Shown: piece after piece, positions 1-10,164 of the stretch
Layout: every line of letters starts with the position of its first letter
Numbering within the stretch: the stretch's first letter is position 1
From: Candidatus Sumerlaeales bacterium
Lineage (GTDB): Bacteria; Sumerlaeota; Sumerlaeia; Sumerlaeales; Sumerlaeaceae
Length of the DNA: 64,000 nucleotides
Reading direction: 5' to 3'
Assembly: GCA_038243585.1 (NCBI GenBank)
Contig: JBBSQY010000010.1
Location: forward strand, 1 to 64,000
Program-made: the position numbers and the translations under genes
Notes under the pieces: model-generated
Told to the model about the DNA's origin: nothing
Seen by the model: only the letters and a program-made list of their open reading frames with translations
The model's database searches: none

Positions 1-139
1 GCAGCGCATCAGCGTCTGAATGGCCGTCCAGACCTCGATCATGCGGTATGGAAATCCCGCCTAAAATAAGGGGACGCCCCTCTACCAATTGGTGAACATC
101 GAACCCGATTCCAAAACGATATTCCGGCTGACCACTCAT
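1..139 (-). CDS. ispF: 2-C-methyl-D-erythritol 2,4-cyclodiphosphate synthase, 5' part (runs off window)
   Basis: Manual translation from ATG at 139 gives [46 protein letters not shown] (GxDVH and GHSDAD motifs); ATGA overlap with the ispD stop; absent from ORF track. Confidence 0.93.
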   Translation of the reverse strand, partial: MSGQPEYRFGIGFDVHQLVEGRPLILGGISIPHDRGLDGHSDADAL

Positions 140-852
140 TGGATTCTCCCCCTCAGTATCGCCTCTGCCATAGCAAAATCTTCCGAATAGGTTATTTTTA
201 TGTTACTTCTTGATCCCGTAACCAGGCTCACTTCCCAGCCAAGGTGTTCAAAGGCGGATGCATCATCTGTAAGTTCAGCCTGTTGTTCAAAACAGGTCTC
301 CAGCGCCAGCATCAGCTTATCGCGGGCAAAAATTTGAGGCGTCTGGACAGCCCACAGATCAACCCTCGGAATAGTTTCCACTATGAGCCGACCGTTAGCC
401 CGCTTCATGCTGTCTGTCGCCGGGATTGCAAACACGGCCGCGCCGGATCGTTTTGCCTGCAACAACCCTTCTTCAAAGTTTTCCGGCGGAAATGGTCGAG
501 CGCCGTCGTGAACCGCCACAAAATCGCAGTCATCCGCAACCACTATCCCTGCATAAACGCTTTCCTGTCGCAGCGCTCCCCCAGCAACAATTGACAGAGG
601 CGTTGAGAAATCGATACTGTACAGCAGTTCAGCCGCCCTGGACATCCACTCCTGAGGCACTACCACAATTACGCGGTCAACAGCGGGGTGATTTCCGAAA
701 AATCGCACAGAATGCGCCAGCAATGGCTCGCCTCCGAGCAGGCAAAACTGTTTTGGTTCTTCTCCGCCCATGCGGCTACCGGTTCCACCCGCAACAATTA
801 CACACGCTGTTTTCGTCAATGTTTTAGTCTCATTTAATGTTATAATCCCCAT
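136..852 (-). CDS. ispD: 2-C-methyl-D-erythritol 4-phosphate cytidylyltransferase
   Basis: [26 protein letters not shown] and NIKIT motifs; directly upstream of ispF; start uncertain (ATG 852 or TTG 819). Confidence 0.93.
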   Translation of the reverse strand: MGIITLNETKTLTKTACVIVAGGTGSRMGGEEPKQFCLLGGEPLLAHSVRFFGNHPAVDRVIVVVPQEWMSRAAELLYSIDFSTPLSIVAGGALRQESVYAGIVVADDCDFVAVHDGARPFPPENFEEGLLQAKRSGAAVFAIPATDSMKRANGRLIVETIPRVDLWAVQTPQIFARDKLMLALETCFEQQAELTDDASAFEHLGWEVSLVTGSRSNIKITYSEDFAMAEAILRGRIQ

Positions 853-1285
853 GAACTCGCAACCGCCACCGTCGTTTTTCCAGAGAAATCGCATCTGGCT
901 TCAGCCGCTGGGCCACATCTGGGCCTCTCCCAATACAATGCTGGGAATATTACTTGGGCTTACCGGCCGCAACAGCTGGCAGATTCATCGGCGCACTCTC
1001 GAAGTTTTACTGAAAAGCGGCCCGGTTCCGGCAATTTGCAGACGCCTGAGGATTTCCGCTTTCACCCTTGGCGATTGCGTTTTATACACGGCGGTGCCAT
1101 GCGAAAACCTGCGCAGTCACGAAGGCCGACATTCCGTGCAATACTGGATTTTAGGCCCGCTTTTTTTGCCGGCATACTTCATCCTTCTGGCGCTCCGCGG
1201 CTACCATCGACACCCGTTTGAGAAGGACGCGCGCCATTGGGAACAGAAGGAGTGCGGTAGCCTATACCATGATGCCTGTAAGTAA
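851..1285 (+). CDS. small hypothetical protein with HExxH motif (putative zincin-like metallopeptidase)
   Basis: AFTLGD...HEGRHSVQY..LGPLFLPAY...HPFEKDA pattern; start taken at ATG 851. Confidence 0.65.
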   Translation: MNSQPPPSFFQRNRIWLQPLGHIWASPNTMLGILLGLTGRNSWQIHRRTLEVLLKSGPVPAICRRLRISAFTLGDCVLYTAVPCENLRSHEGRHSVQYWILGPLFLPAYFILLALRGYHRHPFEKDARHWEQKECGSLYHDACK

Positions 1286-1312
1286 CTAATCTGCCGGAAG
1301 TTTCACTTCCCC

Positions 1313-1351
1313 AAAAAAAAGTCCGGGCAGTCAAAAAAGACCCACCCGGAC
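1313..1351 (-). terminator. rho-independent terminator after rpsB
   Basis: Minus strand GTCCGGGTGGGTC-TTTTTT-GACTGCCCGGAC hairpin followed by T8. Confidence 0.75.
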
Positions 1352-1381
1352 AACACAACTTGAATTTTTGGGGTTAAACCC

Positions 1382-2407
1382 TTATGATTGTTCTTTAGCT
1401 TCCGGATTAGCCGCAACCAATTCTTCTTCTTTGACTGGGGCATCCTCGTTGGCTGGATGAATCTTATCAGTTTCATCTTCACCCTTTGCAGGCGCTGGCG
1501 CGTCTGCTTCCGGCGCGCCGACGTCGCTGTCAGATTCAGCAGCAGGTGGAATCGCGTCTGCTGAAGGTGTTTCCGCGGTGTCATCCGCAGCTGCAAAATA
1601 ATTCGCTTCGCCTTCTTCGTCGCCTGTTCCAACAACGTCGCGGTATTTCTTCTCCAGGCTTTCAATATCCACACCAAGGGTGCCAGACGGAACTTCAGCC
1701 TGTAGAGGCAATCCACTATCAACGCGGGCCTGAAGGCCTTCGGCAACGCTTTCGGCCATTTTCTGGCTGATCAGCTTTACGGCGCGAATAGCATCGTCAT
1801 TGCCCGGAACTACCCAGTCAATGAGGTCAGGATCGCAATTAGTATCTACGATGGCGACAATTGGAATGCGGAGTTTCCGCGCTTCACGAACAGCGATGTC
1901 TTCTTTGTGGGGATCCACAATAAAGATAACGCCAGGAAGCTTGTCCATTTTCTTCACGCCGGCAAGATTCTTCTCCAGCGACATGCGTTCTTTGGTCAGC
2001 ATGGACTGTTCTTTTTTCTTATAGTGCTGAATTGTGCCATCCTGCTCCATACGCTCGATTTCAAGCATGCGAAGCACCGAGCGGCGCACAGTGCGGAAGT
2101 TGGTCAGCATTCCGCCAAGCCAGCGGTTATTTACATAATACATATTACAGTCGCGAGCAGCTTCAAAAATGGATTCTTTGGCCTGCTTCTTCGTGCCGAC
2201 GAACATAACGGTTTGACCGTCAGCCACGGCATCGCGAACAAATTTGCAAGCATCGCGCAGAAGCTTAAGCGTTTTCTTAAGATCAATAATATAGATCCCG
2301 TTACGCTCAGTATAGATATACTGCTTCATTTTCGGGTTCCACCGGCGGCTTTGGTGACCGAAGTGGACACCCGCCTCCAGCAGTTGTTTCATGGTGATGT
2401 TGACCAT
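1382..2407 (-). CDS. rpsB: 30S ribosomal protein S2 with long acidic C-terminal extension
   Basis: [37 protein letters not shown] and PGNDDAIRA motifs; GGAGG RBS before ATG 2407. Confidence 0.97.
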   Translation of the reverse strand: MVNITMKQLLEAGVHFGHQSRRWNPKMKQYIYTERNGIYIIDLKKTLKLLRDACKFVRDAVADGQTVMFVGTKKQAKESIFEAARDCNMYYVNNRWLGGMLTNFRTVRRSVLRMLEIERMEQDGTIQHYKKKEQSMLTKERMSLEKNLAGVKKMDKLPGVIFIVDPHKEDIAVREARKLRIPIVAIVDTNCDPDLIDWVVPGNDDAIRAVKLISQKMAESVAEGLQARVDSGLPLQAEVPSGTLGVDIESLEKKYRDVVGTGDEEGEANYFAAADDTAETPSADAIPPAAESDSDVGAPEADAPAPAKGEDETDKIHPANEDAPVKEEELVAANPEAKEQS

Positions 2408-2424
2408 GGTGCTGCCTCCAGATT

Positions 2425-2510
2425 TGGTTAGTTTTCCTCCGCCTGCGTCATCTCGAGCCGCACCTGAATTTACTCCAGGCACCACGGCTGACGATCGGCA
2501 AACGTGTGAA
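2425..2510 (-). ncRNA. rpsB leader (t44-like S2 autoregulatory element)
   Basis: Minus strand CACACG...GGTGCCTG-loop-CAGGTGCGG...GGCGGAGGAAAACTAACC immediately upstream of rpsB, the layout of the conserved S2 leader. Confidence 0.7.
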
Positions 2511-2661
2511 TTCGAGTCCGAGGAATCGTTGATGGCATTTAGGCATCAGTGCTACCATTATTCAAGCGATGCCGCCAAATCCAGCCATTTCAAACTGTTC
2601 TTTGGCTTAAGCAGTTGGCATTACGCTGAATTTTTCGTTCACCCTATGGAAAAGTCGGAAT

Positions 2662-3312
2662 GTGAAAACGATTAACAACAAAGCACCGATGATACCCGGC
2701 GGTTTGCTTATCGCTTTTGAGGGGATCGACGGCAGCGGGAAAACGACCATGTCCCGCCGGACTGCGATTGCATTGAGACAGGCTGGGTATAACGCAGTCA
2801 ATTTGCGCGAACCCACCGACGGCCCGCATGGCCGACGGCTGCGGGAAATAATGCTGTCCCCTGAAACGCGCGACCCCAAACTGGAGTTTGAACTGTTTCT
2901 GCTTGATCGGCAAGACGATGTGCGGGAAAATATACAACCTGTTCTGGATGTCGGCGGAATCGTTTGTATCGACCGCTATTATATTTCGTCCATGGCTTAC
3001 CAAGGGGCACTCGGGCTTGACCCACAGATTATCCGAGCGGAAAATGAAAAATTTGCTCCGGCTCCTCATCTTATCCTATTGTACAAATTATGCGTAGATA
3101 CTGCACTAAAAAGAATTGGCAGTTCCAGACCTGACGGGGCCAACGAGTTTGAAAAGCACGATTACCTTAAAATGGTAGATCGTGAGTTTGCGCGAATGGA
3201 TTTTTCGCAGATGATCGAGGTAGATGCCATGCAGAATCAGGATGCCGTGTTTAGCCAAACATGGGAAATTGTGAACGCCAATTTAAGCAGTCATCATGCC
3301 AACAACAAATAA
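2662..3312 (+). CDS. tmk: thymidylate kinase
   Basis: FEGIDGSGKTT P-loop, REPT and DRYYISSMAYQG motifs. Confidence 0.93.
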   Translation: MKTINNKAPMIPGGLLIAFEGIDGSGKTTMSRRTAIALRQAGYNAVNLREPTDGPHGRRLREIMLSPETRDPKLEFELFLLDRQDDVRENIQPVLDVGGIVCIDRYYISSMAYQGALGLDPQIIRAENEKFAPAPHLILLYKLCVDTALKRIGSSRPDGANEFEKHDYLKMVDREFARMDFSQMIEVDAMQNQDAVFSQTWEIVNANLSSHHANNK

Positions 3313-3413
3313 TTTTCATCTAGTGTACGTTTTCTCTTGCTTAGGTATTGTGGAATTCGGCAACCGGTACTTTTAATTATTGAAGTGAAACAAGAGGTTA
3401 GGAGCTCTCACAC

Positions 3414-3824
3414 ATGAAAAAACTTATCACCGTCAGCCTGCTGGCTGCACTATGCGTACCCTTTTCCGGGTGCGACACAACAACGGCAAATGCACCGGGC
3501 AACACAACACTAGGCGGCGCTGCTCTTGGCGGCCTTGCCGGTGCTGGCATCGGCGCAGCCACTAATGGTGGAACTGGCGCTGTAGTCGGCGGCCTTCTCG
3601 GCGCAGGCGCTGGTGGCCTTGTTGGCAACCAGATGGAGCGCAACCGTAATGCGGCCGCTTACAACCAGCAGTATGCTGCCCCGGCACCAGCTCAATATGG
3701 CGCCCCAGCACCAGCTTATCAGTCAGCCCCATCATATTCGGCACCTGCATCTACGGGTGGCTCTTCTGCCGGATATGGCGCACCAGCTCCAGGCTTTGGC
3801 GCTCCGCCGCCAACCAGCTACTAA
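3414..3824 (+). CDS. glycine-zipper lipoprotein with Pro/Ala/Tyr-rich tail
   Basis: Signal peptide with lipobox FSGC; GGAALGGLAGAGIG...GAGAGGLVG zipper; AGGAG RBS; followed by a terminator. Confidence 0.8.
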   Translation: MKKLITVSLLAALCVPFSGCDTTTANAPGNTTLGGAALGGLAGAGIGAATNGGTGAVVGGLLGAGAGGLVGNQMERNRNAAAYNQQYAAPAPAQYGAPAPAYQSAPSYSAPASTGGSSAGYGAPAPGFGAPPPTSY

Positions 3825-3845
3825 TTCAGCTAGCATTTCCCTCTC

Positions 3846-3882
3846 AAATCTCCCTGTCCAACTAGACAGGGAGATTTTTTTT
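3846..3882 (+). terminator. rho-independent terminator (possibly bidirectional)
   Basis: AAATCTCCCTGTC-CAACTA-GACAGGGAGATTT followed by a T-run, between convergent genes. Confidence 0.8.
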
Positions 3883-3892
3883 GGGGACTAAC

Positions 3893-4660
3893 TCATGAAG
3901 TCTCAGCAGCTTTTTTCTCAAGAAGTCGCTTTTCCACGCGGATAACATCTTCCGGCGTATCCACTCCCACTGCGGAAGAATCCGTAAGCACCATCCGAAT
4001 TTTAATACCGGCTTCCAGCAGGCGTAATTGCTCGAGTTTCTCCGCCAGTTCGTATTTAGAGGGTGGTAGCCGCACGAACGCCTCCAGCGCCGGTCTGCGG
4101 TAAACGTATAGCCCTACATGTTTTAATGGTGCATCGGCGGCTTGTTGCTCATCTGGTGACAACCTGGTCATATCCGGAATGGGCGCACGACTAAAATACA
4201 TGGCATAGCCTTGATGGTCGGTCACTACTTTCACCATGTGCGGCTCTGTGTAATCCTCCCCATCACGAAAATAAGTCATAGCTGAAACGACCCCAGCAGC
4301 AGCGTCATTCTGAAGCGCCGCCACACAAGCATCGACCGTTAACGGATCCAGCAGCGGCTCATCGCCCTGTATGTTAACAATGATCCCATGTTGGCAGCCG
4401 GCAACTGCCTCAGCTATTCTGTCGCTTCCACTGGGACAGTCTGGAGAGGTCATTACTGCGCGCGCGCCAAAATGGAGACATTCGTTAAGTACCCGGTCAT
4501 CGTCAGTCGCCACAACGATTTCGTCCAGGGTAGAGCAGCCCTGTGCCGCTTCCCAGACCCAACGTATCAGGGACTTTCCGGCGATTTCTACTAATGGTTT
4601 TCCTGGCAGGCGTGTGGAAGCGTAGCGAGCCGGAATTACTGCTATTACCTTGTCATTCAT
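3893..4660 (-). CDS. kdsB: 3-deoxy-manno-octulosonate cytidylyltransferase
   Basis: IPARYASTRLPGKPL, SGSDR, NIQGDEP, YFSRAPIP and EKLEQLR motifs. Confidence 0.95.
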   Translation of the reverse strand: MNDKVIAVIPARYASTRLPGKPLVEIAGKSLIRWVWEAAQGCSTLDEIVVATDDDRVLNECLHFGARAVMTSPDCPSGSDRIAEAVAGCQHGIIVNIQGDEPLLDPLTVDACVAALQNDAAAGVVSAMTYFRDGEDYTEPHMVKVVTDHQGYAMYFSRAPIPDMTRLSPDEQQAADAPLKHVGLYVYRRPALEAFVRLPPSKYELAEKLEQLRLLEAGIKIRMVLTDSSAVGVDTPEDVIRVEKRLLEKKAAETS

Positions 4661-4814
4661 ATTAAACCTTTAAATAAATCAGCATCTAAGGAAATCACTT
4701 GTGCCTTAGTGGTATAAATGCAGGGTTGTCGTCTACCCCGGTCTTTTAGCTCAAAATACAGATACCGGGTTATCTTAGCTCCCTTGCACACACAAACTTA
4801 TAAAAGGAATTTCT

Positions 4815-5768
4815 ATGACTGAAATGATGGATGTTGTTGACCAGAACGGAAACCGGCTGCGGATTACGCGCCAGGATTATGCTTCTCAGGTGATGGCTGC
4901 AGCACGTGAGAACTGGGGCAATATCCAGTTCTTTCGTCAGATTGCGCCCCAGTTGCTGAATGAAGGTTTTGTTGACGAAGCGCTTGAACTGGCTGAACGG
5001 GCCTGCGTGATAAGCGGAGGCCATATCCCTGACCTTTATTGGAAAGCCGCTGCACTGGCGGAGTCTGGTGAACTTGACCGTGCTGGAGACGTTTTTGCTG
5101 AAGTTCAGGAAGACGCCGCGTATCCAGCTGATCAGGCTCGTGCGGCCATGGGTCTTGCGCGAGTGCGCGCACGCCAGGGTCGTGAAGATGAGGCGGAAAA
5201 GCTGCTGGAATGGGCCGTCGTTACGGAGCCTGAAAATCCTCAATACCTGGTGCTTCTCTACGGCTTTTTTAACGAGCGAAACCAAGCGGACGATGGCCTT
5301 GAGCGCGTTAAAAAACTGGCATCAAAGCATAAATCCAAAGTGACCGGCCTACGTGCGCTTATGCAGATCGCGGCAAGCCGAAGCGAGATCACAGAAGCGC
5401 GACGCTATGCGGATGAAGCCTTTAAGCAGGCTAATGACATGGAAAAACAAAGTATCTTTGCAGAGATGTCATGGCATTATGGTCAAGCAAAAATGCCTGA
5501 GGAAATTGTCAAATTGCTCTACCCGCAGATAGATGAGGTGAAGCACCCGCTTGCGTTGATGAATTTGGTACAGGCTTACATCGATACAGATCGCCGTGAA
5601 AATGCGTTAAAACTGCTTCAGGCACTGGAAAAATCAGCACCGCCTGAACTTAAACCGATGGTTGATGCCAAATTAAAAGAGCTGACCGAGCCTGAAGCAG
5701 TCCCTGCTGCAGAGACTCCTTCCGAAGAATCAGAGCCGGAGCCTAGCACTGCAAATACGCCGCAATAA
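4815..5768 (+). CDS. TPR-like helical repeat protein
   Basis: Ala/Leu/Glu-rich helical repeats (e.g. AAMGLARVRARQGREDEAEKLL); AAGGA RBS. Confidence 0.7.
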   Translation: MTEMMDVVDQNGNRLRITRQDYASQVMAAARENWGNIQFFRQIAPQLLNEGFVDEALELAERACVISGGHIPDLYWKAAALAESGELDRAGDVFAEVQEDAAYPADQARAAMGLARVRARQGREDEAEKLLEWAVVTEPENPQYLVLLYGFFNERNQADDGLERVKKLASKHKSKVTGLRALMQIAASRSEITEARRYADEAFKQANDMEKQSIFAEMSWHYGQAKMPEEIVKLLYPQIDEVKHPLALMNLVQAYIDTDRRENALKLLQALEKSAPPELKPMVDAKLKELTEPEAVPAAETPSEESEPEPSTANTPQ

Positions 5769-5806
5769 AGCGATTTAAGATCAATCACTAAGGGATAGTA
5801 TCGGTT

Positions 5807-7120
5807 ATGCGGATAGCGGTGTTTGGGTTGGGATATGTGGGTACAGTCTGTGGAACGTGCCTGGCCTATCACAAGCATCATGTTATCGGAGTCGATATCC
5901 AACGCGCAAAGGCTGATCTTATTAACAACGGGATAGCTCCTGTGGTGGAACCGGGCCTTCAGGAGCTACTCGCGGATGTGGTGACGTCGGGGCATTTTGA
6001 AGCTACGGTGAACAGTGCAGACGCGATGAAAGATGCCGAGGTTATTTTCCTTTGCGTTGGTACGCCGTCGCAGGCGGATGGGACTTTAAACATGGCGTTC
6101 CTTAAAACTGTCATTAAAGAGGTGGCGGCCAATCTGTGTGTCGCGGCAGAATTTCCGGTCATCGCTATCCGATCGACCGTGCCTCCGGGCACACTTGCTG
6201 CCTGTGAAAAGCTAATTTCAGAAGCGACCGGCGGCGTTGCGGGTGTGGACTTTGGCGTTGTCTTAAATCCGGAATTTCTTCGCGAAGGGTCCGCACTCGC
6301 CGATTTTGATACACCACCTTACACCGTTATTGGAACGGAACATCAGCGAGCGGCTGAGGTGATGAAAAAGCTCTATTCCCATGTGCAGGCGCCGTTCCTG
6401 GCGACTTCTATCGGGGCGGCTGAAATGATTAAATACGTTAACAACAGCTTTCATGCTCTTAAGATTACATTTGCCAACGAGATCGGATTGCTTTGCAAAT
6501 CGTTCGGCATCGACAGCCACGAAGTAATGGATCTTGTGTGCAGAGACAAGCAGCTTAACATTTCTCCGACCTACTTAAAACCGGGCCTGGCGTATGGCGG
6601 ATCTTGTCTGCCGAAAGATCTTGCGGCCTTAAATCATGCATCCCGGTCGCACGGTTTAACGACTCCGGTACTGGCCCACATCGCCGAAAGCAACTTCGAG
6701 CATTTGTCTCACGCCATACGTATGATTGACGAGGCAGGTAAACAGCATGTTGGAATTTTGGGGCTTAGCTTTAAAGCTCAAACAGACGATCTGCGCGAAA
6801 GTCCGGCAGTCGCAATCGTTCAAAATCTAATTCAACGTGGGTATCAAGTTAGAATATTCGATCCCAGTATAAACATCGCTCGTCTTATAGGTGCCAACCG
6901 AAAATTCATAGATTCTAGTATCGAGAATCTGCCGGATATGCTGGTGGCATCTCTGAAGGAGCTTTTGGATTTCGCGGAAACCGTTGTTGTGACGAACAAC
7001 GATACGAGCTACAGCGACGTATTGAACCGCGTTACAGACCAACATATAATTATAGATATGACTCGTCTCCCTAATTGCCCGACCGTCTCAGGAGAGCGCT
7101 ACCATGGCATCTGCTGGTAA
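5807..7120 (+). CDS. UDP-glucose/GDP-mannose dehydrogenase family protein (AlgD-like)
   Basis: GLGYVG, CVGTP, RSTVPPGT, NPEFLREG, YGGSCLPKD and DDLRESP motifs. Confidence 0.92.
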   Translation: MRIAVFGLGYVGTVCGTCLAYHKHHVIGVDIQRAKADLINNGIAPVVEPGLQELLADVVTSGHFEATVNSADAMKDAEVIFLCVGTPSQADGTLNMAFLKTVIKEVAANLCVAAEFPVIAIRSTVPPGTLAACEKLISEATGGVAGVDFGVVLNPEFLREGSALADFDTPPYTVIGTEHQRAAEVMKKLYSHVQAPFLATSIGAAEMIKYVNNSFHALKITFANEIGLLCKSFGIDSHEVMDLVCRDKQLNISPTYLKPGLAYGGSCLPKDLAALNHASRSHGLTTPVLAHIAESNFEHLSHAIRMIDEAGKQHVGILGLSFKAQTDDLRESPAVAIVQNLIQRGYQVRIFDPSINIARLIGANRKFIDSSIENLPDMLVASLKELLDFAETVVVTNNDTSYSDVLNRVTDQHIIIDMTRLPNCPTVSGERYHGICW

Positions 7121-8360
7121 TGAGATTCCGCCAGGCCTGACGAATCAGCGGGTGCTTATCATTGTGGAAAATCTGCCTGTCCCGTTTGACCGACGCGTAT
7201 GGCTGGAAGCTCTTGCCCTTCGCGATGCGGGTTGTACCGTTAGCGTTATATGCCCGAAAATGAAGTGCTTCACGCGCACCTTTGAAATCCTCGAAGGCAT
7301 CCGCATTTATCGCCACCCTCTTCCGTGCGAAGGTTCACACAGGGCGATGGGCTTTTTAATGGAGTATTTAAGTGCGCTGTTTTTCGAGCTCGTCTTATCC
7401 TTATGGATCTATGTAAGGCATGGATTTGACATCATCCACGCCTGCAATCCGCCAGATACGATTTTTATTATTGGAATGCTGTTCAAGCCGTTTGGAGTAA
7501 AATTTCTGTTTGATCAGCACGACATTAATCCGGAACTCTACATTGCCAAGTATGGGCGAAAAGATTTTTACTATAAAGCCTTGTTGTTTTTAGAAAGAAC
7601 GACTTACCGCATTGCCGACGTCGTCATATCCACTAACGAGAGCTACAAGGCAATTGCTTTGGAACGCGGCAATAAAAATCCCAATGATGTTTTCATTGTG
7701 AGAAGCGCTCCGGATACTTCCCAGTTTCATCCGGTTCGACCTGATCCAGCCCTGAAAAATGACAGAGAGCATCTTGTCGCCTACCTTGGAGTTATGGGTA
7801 AGCAGGAGGGGGTTGATCTTCTATTGGAGTCGATTCGCCATATTGTATTTGATAGGAAGCGGACTGATACTGCGTTTCTTATCATTGGTGGCGGACCCGA
7901 GCTTGACAACCTGCAGATTTTAGCAAAACGTCTTTTTCTGGACAACCATGTTACCTTCACCGGGCGCATACCTGATTCCGAACTTCTCACATGTCTGTCC
8001 ACTGCGGATGTTTGTGTGAACCCTGATCGAGTTAACGAAATGAACGACAAAAGCACGATGAACAAAATTATGGAATACATGGCTGTCAGAAAACCCATAG
8101 TGCAGTTTGATATGACCGAAGGACGGTATTCCGCCGGTGATGCTTCGGTTTATGCGAAACCCAATGATCCAGTGGATTTTGCTGAGCACATTATTAAGCT
8201 TCTGGATGATCCCGAAGCCCGCGCTCGTATGGGAGCCTTTGGGCTTGCTCGCCTTCAAAATCACCTCGACTGGAAGTTCTCCCGGCAGGCTCTCTGGACA
8301 GCCTATTCTCATCTGGTCGAAGCTGACGCATCTTTCGCACCCACGGAAAAGCCGGTCTGA
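7104..8360 (+). CDS. glycosyltransferase family 4
   Basis: VENLPVPFDRRVW, HACNPPD and NKIMEYMA GT-B motifs; overlaps the upstream gene. Confidence 0.88.
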   Translation: MASAGNEIPPGLTNQRVLIIVENLPVPFDRRVWLEALALRDAGCTVSVICPKMKCFTRTFEILEGIRIYRHPLPCEGSHRAMGFLMEYLSALFFELVLSLWIYVRHGFDIIHACNPPDTIFIIGMLFKPFGVKFLFDQHDINPELYIAKYGRKDFYYKALLFLERTTYRIADVVISTNESYKAIALERGNKNPNDVFIVRSAPDTSQFHPVRPDPALKNDREHLVAYLGVMGKQEGVDLLLESIRHIVFDRKRTDTAFLIIGGGPELDNLQILAKRLFLDNHVTFTGRIPDSELLTCLSTADVCVNPDRVNEMNDKSTMNKIMEYMAVRKPIVQFDMTEGRYSAGDASVYAKPNDPVDFAEHIIKLLDDPEARARMGAFGLARLQNHLDWKFSRQALWTAYSHLVEADASFAPTEKPV

Positions 8361-8361
8361 A

Positions 8362-10164
8362 TTGCAATGGCACTGGTACTTTGCGCGTCTACGGCAGATG
8401 TCTCCTCGTGAGGTAGCATGGCGAGCGGTTCAGTTACTGCGCTCTCGCGCCCGATCAACTTCTTCAATAAAATCCGTTTTGCCGTATAGGGCTGCGGAAC
8501 TTCGAAATGACTTACCTGCTCTCACACGGGCATGGCCCATTTCCTATTTTTCCGTGTCGTTCCTTTGGGACGGAAATGATATTGCCTGGCAGGGCAGCGC
8601 ACACAACGACCGGCTCGCCACTGTTCATTGGAGCAGAATCAATTATCGCGATACAGCCGCAATTGGTGATCCCAAGCAGATTTGGGAACTGAATCGTCAT
8701 CAGTTTCTTCGGCATTGGATTTTAAGCACAGACATCAGCATTCAGGAACGGGTAGACGCTGTCAGCCATCTTCTGCTCCAGTGGATCGAGAAAAACCCGT
8801 ATGGTCGCGGCATGAACTGGACCAGTTCCCTGGAGCTTGCTCTTAGACTCATGGCATGGGAGTCGTGTTTGACATCTTTAGGAAAAAACAACTTTGATCC
8901 CCAGGTTATAGAGGTTGTTGAGGCATCTGTTGTGGAACACTGCCTCCACCTGCGACAGCAGCCGTCCCTTTATTCCTCCGCAAACAATCACAGGGTGGGA
9001 GAACTTGTTGGTGAAATGGCCGCAGCTGCTATGTTTCCTGACCACAGTACCCTTTCCTCGGCGGCCAAAAAAGCATGGGCGCTGCTTCAAATTGAAGCCC
9101 GTCGACAGGTCACGCGAGATGGGATCTGCCGCGAACAGGCATACTATTATCATGCCTACACCATGTTGTATTTTAAACGAGCCGCTTCCTATGCTAAGTC
9201 ACTATTTCTCGCAGTGCCGCCGTGTTTTACTGACCTGACACAGAAGATGCAGGATGCTTTGGATGCCGTTACCGACGAGCAAGGCAACTGGTTCGAAATC
9301 GGCGACAGGGACGATGGCGATCTTCACGCCCTTCAGCCGCTCCAGGAAGAGCCGCAGTCAGTTTCTGTCCCCGCCCGAATTGGATTTTTTCATTACCAGG
9401 ATGGTGGCTACGCCGTCTGGAAAACGCCCGCGTTCCATCTGCTCTTCCGGTGCGGCCAGTTTGGCTATCCATCTATCGCGGCCCATGCCCACTGCGACCA
9501 GCTTTCCGTGCTTTTAAAGATGAACAATAAGGATATATTAACGGATAGCGGCACGGGAAGCTACCACGAAAACGAAACCTGGAGACGTTATTTTCGGGGA
9601 ACTACAGCCCACAACACCATACGGGTGAACGATGAAGATCAGGCCGAATATGGCGGCCCCTTTCTCTGGAACACTGCGCCCGCAGGCGTCATTTCGGAAG
9701 CCCTTCCTGCAAAGGTCATCGGATCAACGAATGCCTGGATTTGCAGATTATACCCGGTCACGCATCAGCGATCCATAGAATTTGATCCCGAGAACATAGA
9801 TTTTCTGCGCGTTCACGATAACCTTATGCCGGAAAGCCACGCAGACCACTCACGAAAGTATGAATTAATCTGGAATTTCGGCCTCGGAATAACCGTTCAT
9901 TCAGATGAAACCAACAGCAACATACAAAAACCTTCCGACGTCTTTTACCTCACTATTATTTTGGAACATGAGCCAATTCTGCGGATGACGATTTCTCTCA
10001 GCGATCTTTCCTGGTGCGCCATCCATCATGGGGATGAGTCATTACCGGCTGGATTTTACAGCAGAAAGCTTGGGGAAAGAATTCCCATTACTCAAGTTCG
10101 CATTACCGGTAATTCCCCGGCATGGCGCGCGTCGACGTTTTTTTCCAGAATAGAGACAGCCTGA
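8362..10164 (+). CDS. heparinase II/III-like protein
   Basis: WELNRHQ, NPYGRGMNW, SANNH, IGDRDDG, HAHCDQLS, DSGTGSY and RGTTAHNT motifs; start uncertain (TTG 8362 or ATG 8398). Confidence 0.85.
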   Translation: MQWHWYFARLRQMSPREVAWRAVQLLRSRARSTSSIKSVLPYRAAELRNDLPALTRAWPISYFSVSFLWDGNDIAWQGSAHNDRLATVHWSRINYRDTAAIGDPKQIWELNRHQFLRHWILSTDISIQERVDAVSHLLLQWIEKNPYGRGMNWTSSLELALRLMAWESCLTSLGKNNFDPQVIEVVEASVVEHCLHLRQQPSLYSSANNHRVGELVGEMAAAAMFPDHSTLSSAAKKAWALLQIEARRQVTRDGICREQAYYYHAYTMLYFKRAASYAKSLFLAVPPCFTDLTQKMQDALDAVTDEQGNWFEIGDRDDGDLHALQPLQEEPQSVSVPARIGFFHYQDGGYAVWKTPAFHLLFRCGQFGYPSIAAHAHCDQLSVLLKMNNKDILTDSGTGSYHENETWRRYFRGTTAHNTIRVNDEDQAEYGGPFLWNTAPAGVISEALPAKVIGSTNAWICRLYPVTHQRSIEFDPENIDFLRVHDNLMPESHADHSRKYELIWNFGLGITVHSDETNSNIQKPSDVFYLTIILEHEPILRMTISLSDLSWCAIHHGDESLPAGFYSRKLGERIPITQVRITGNSPAWRASTFFSRIETA

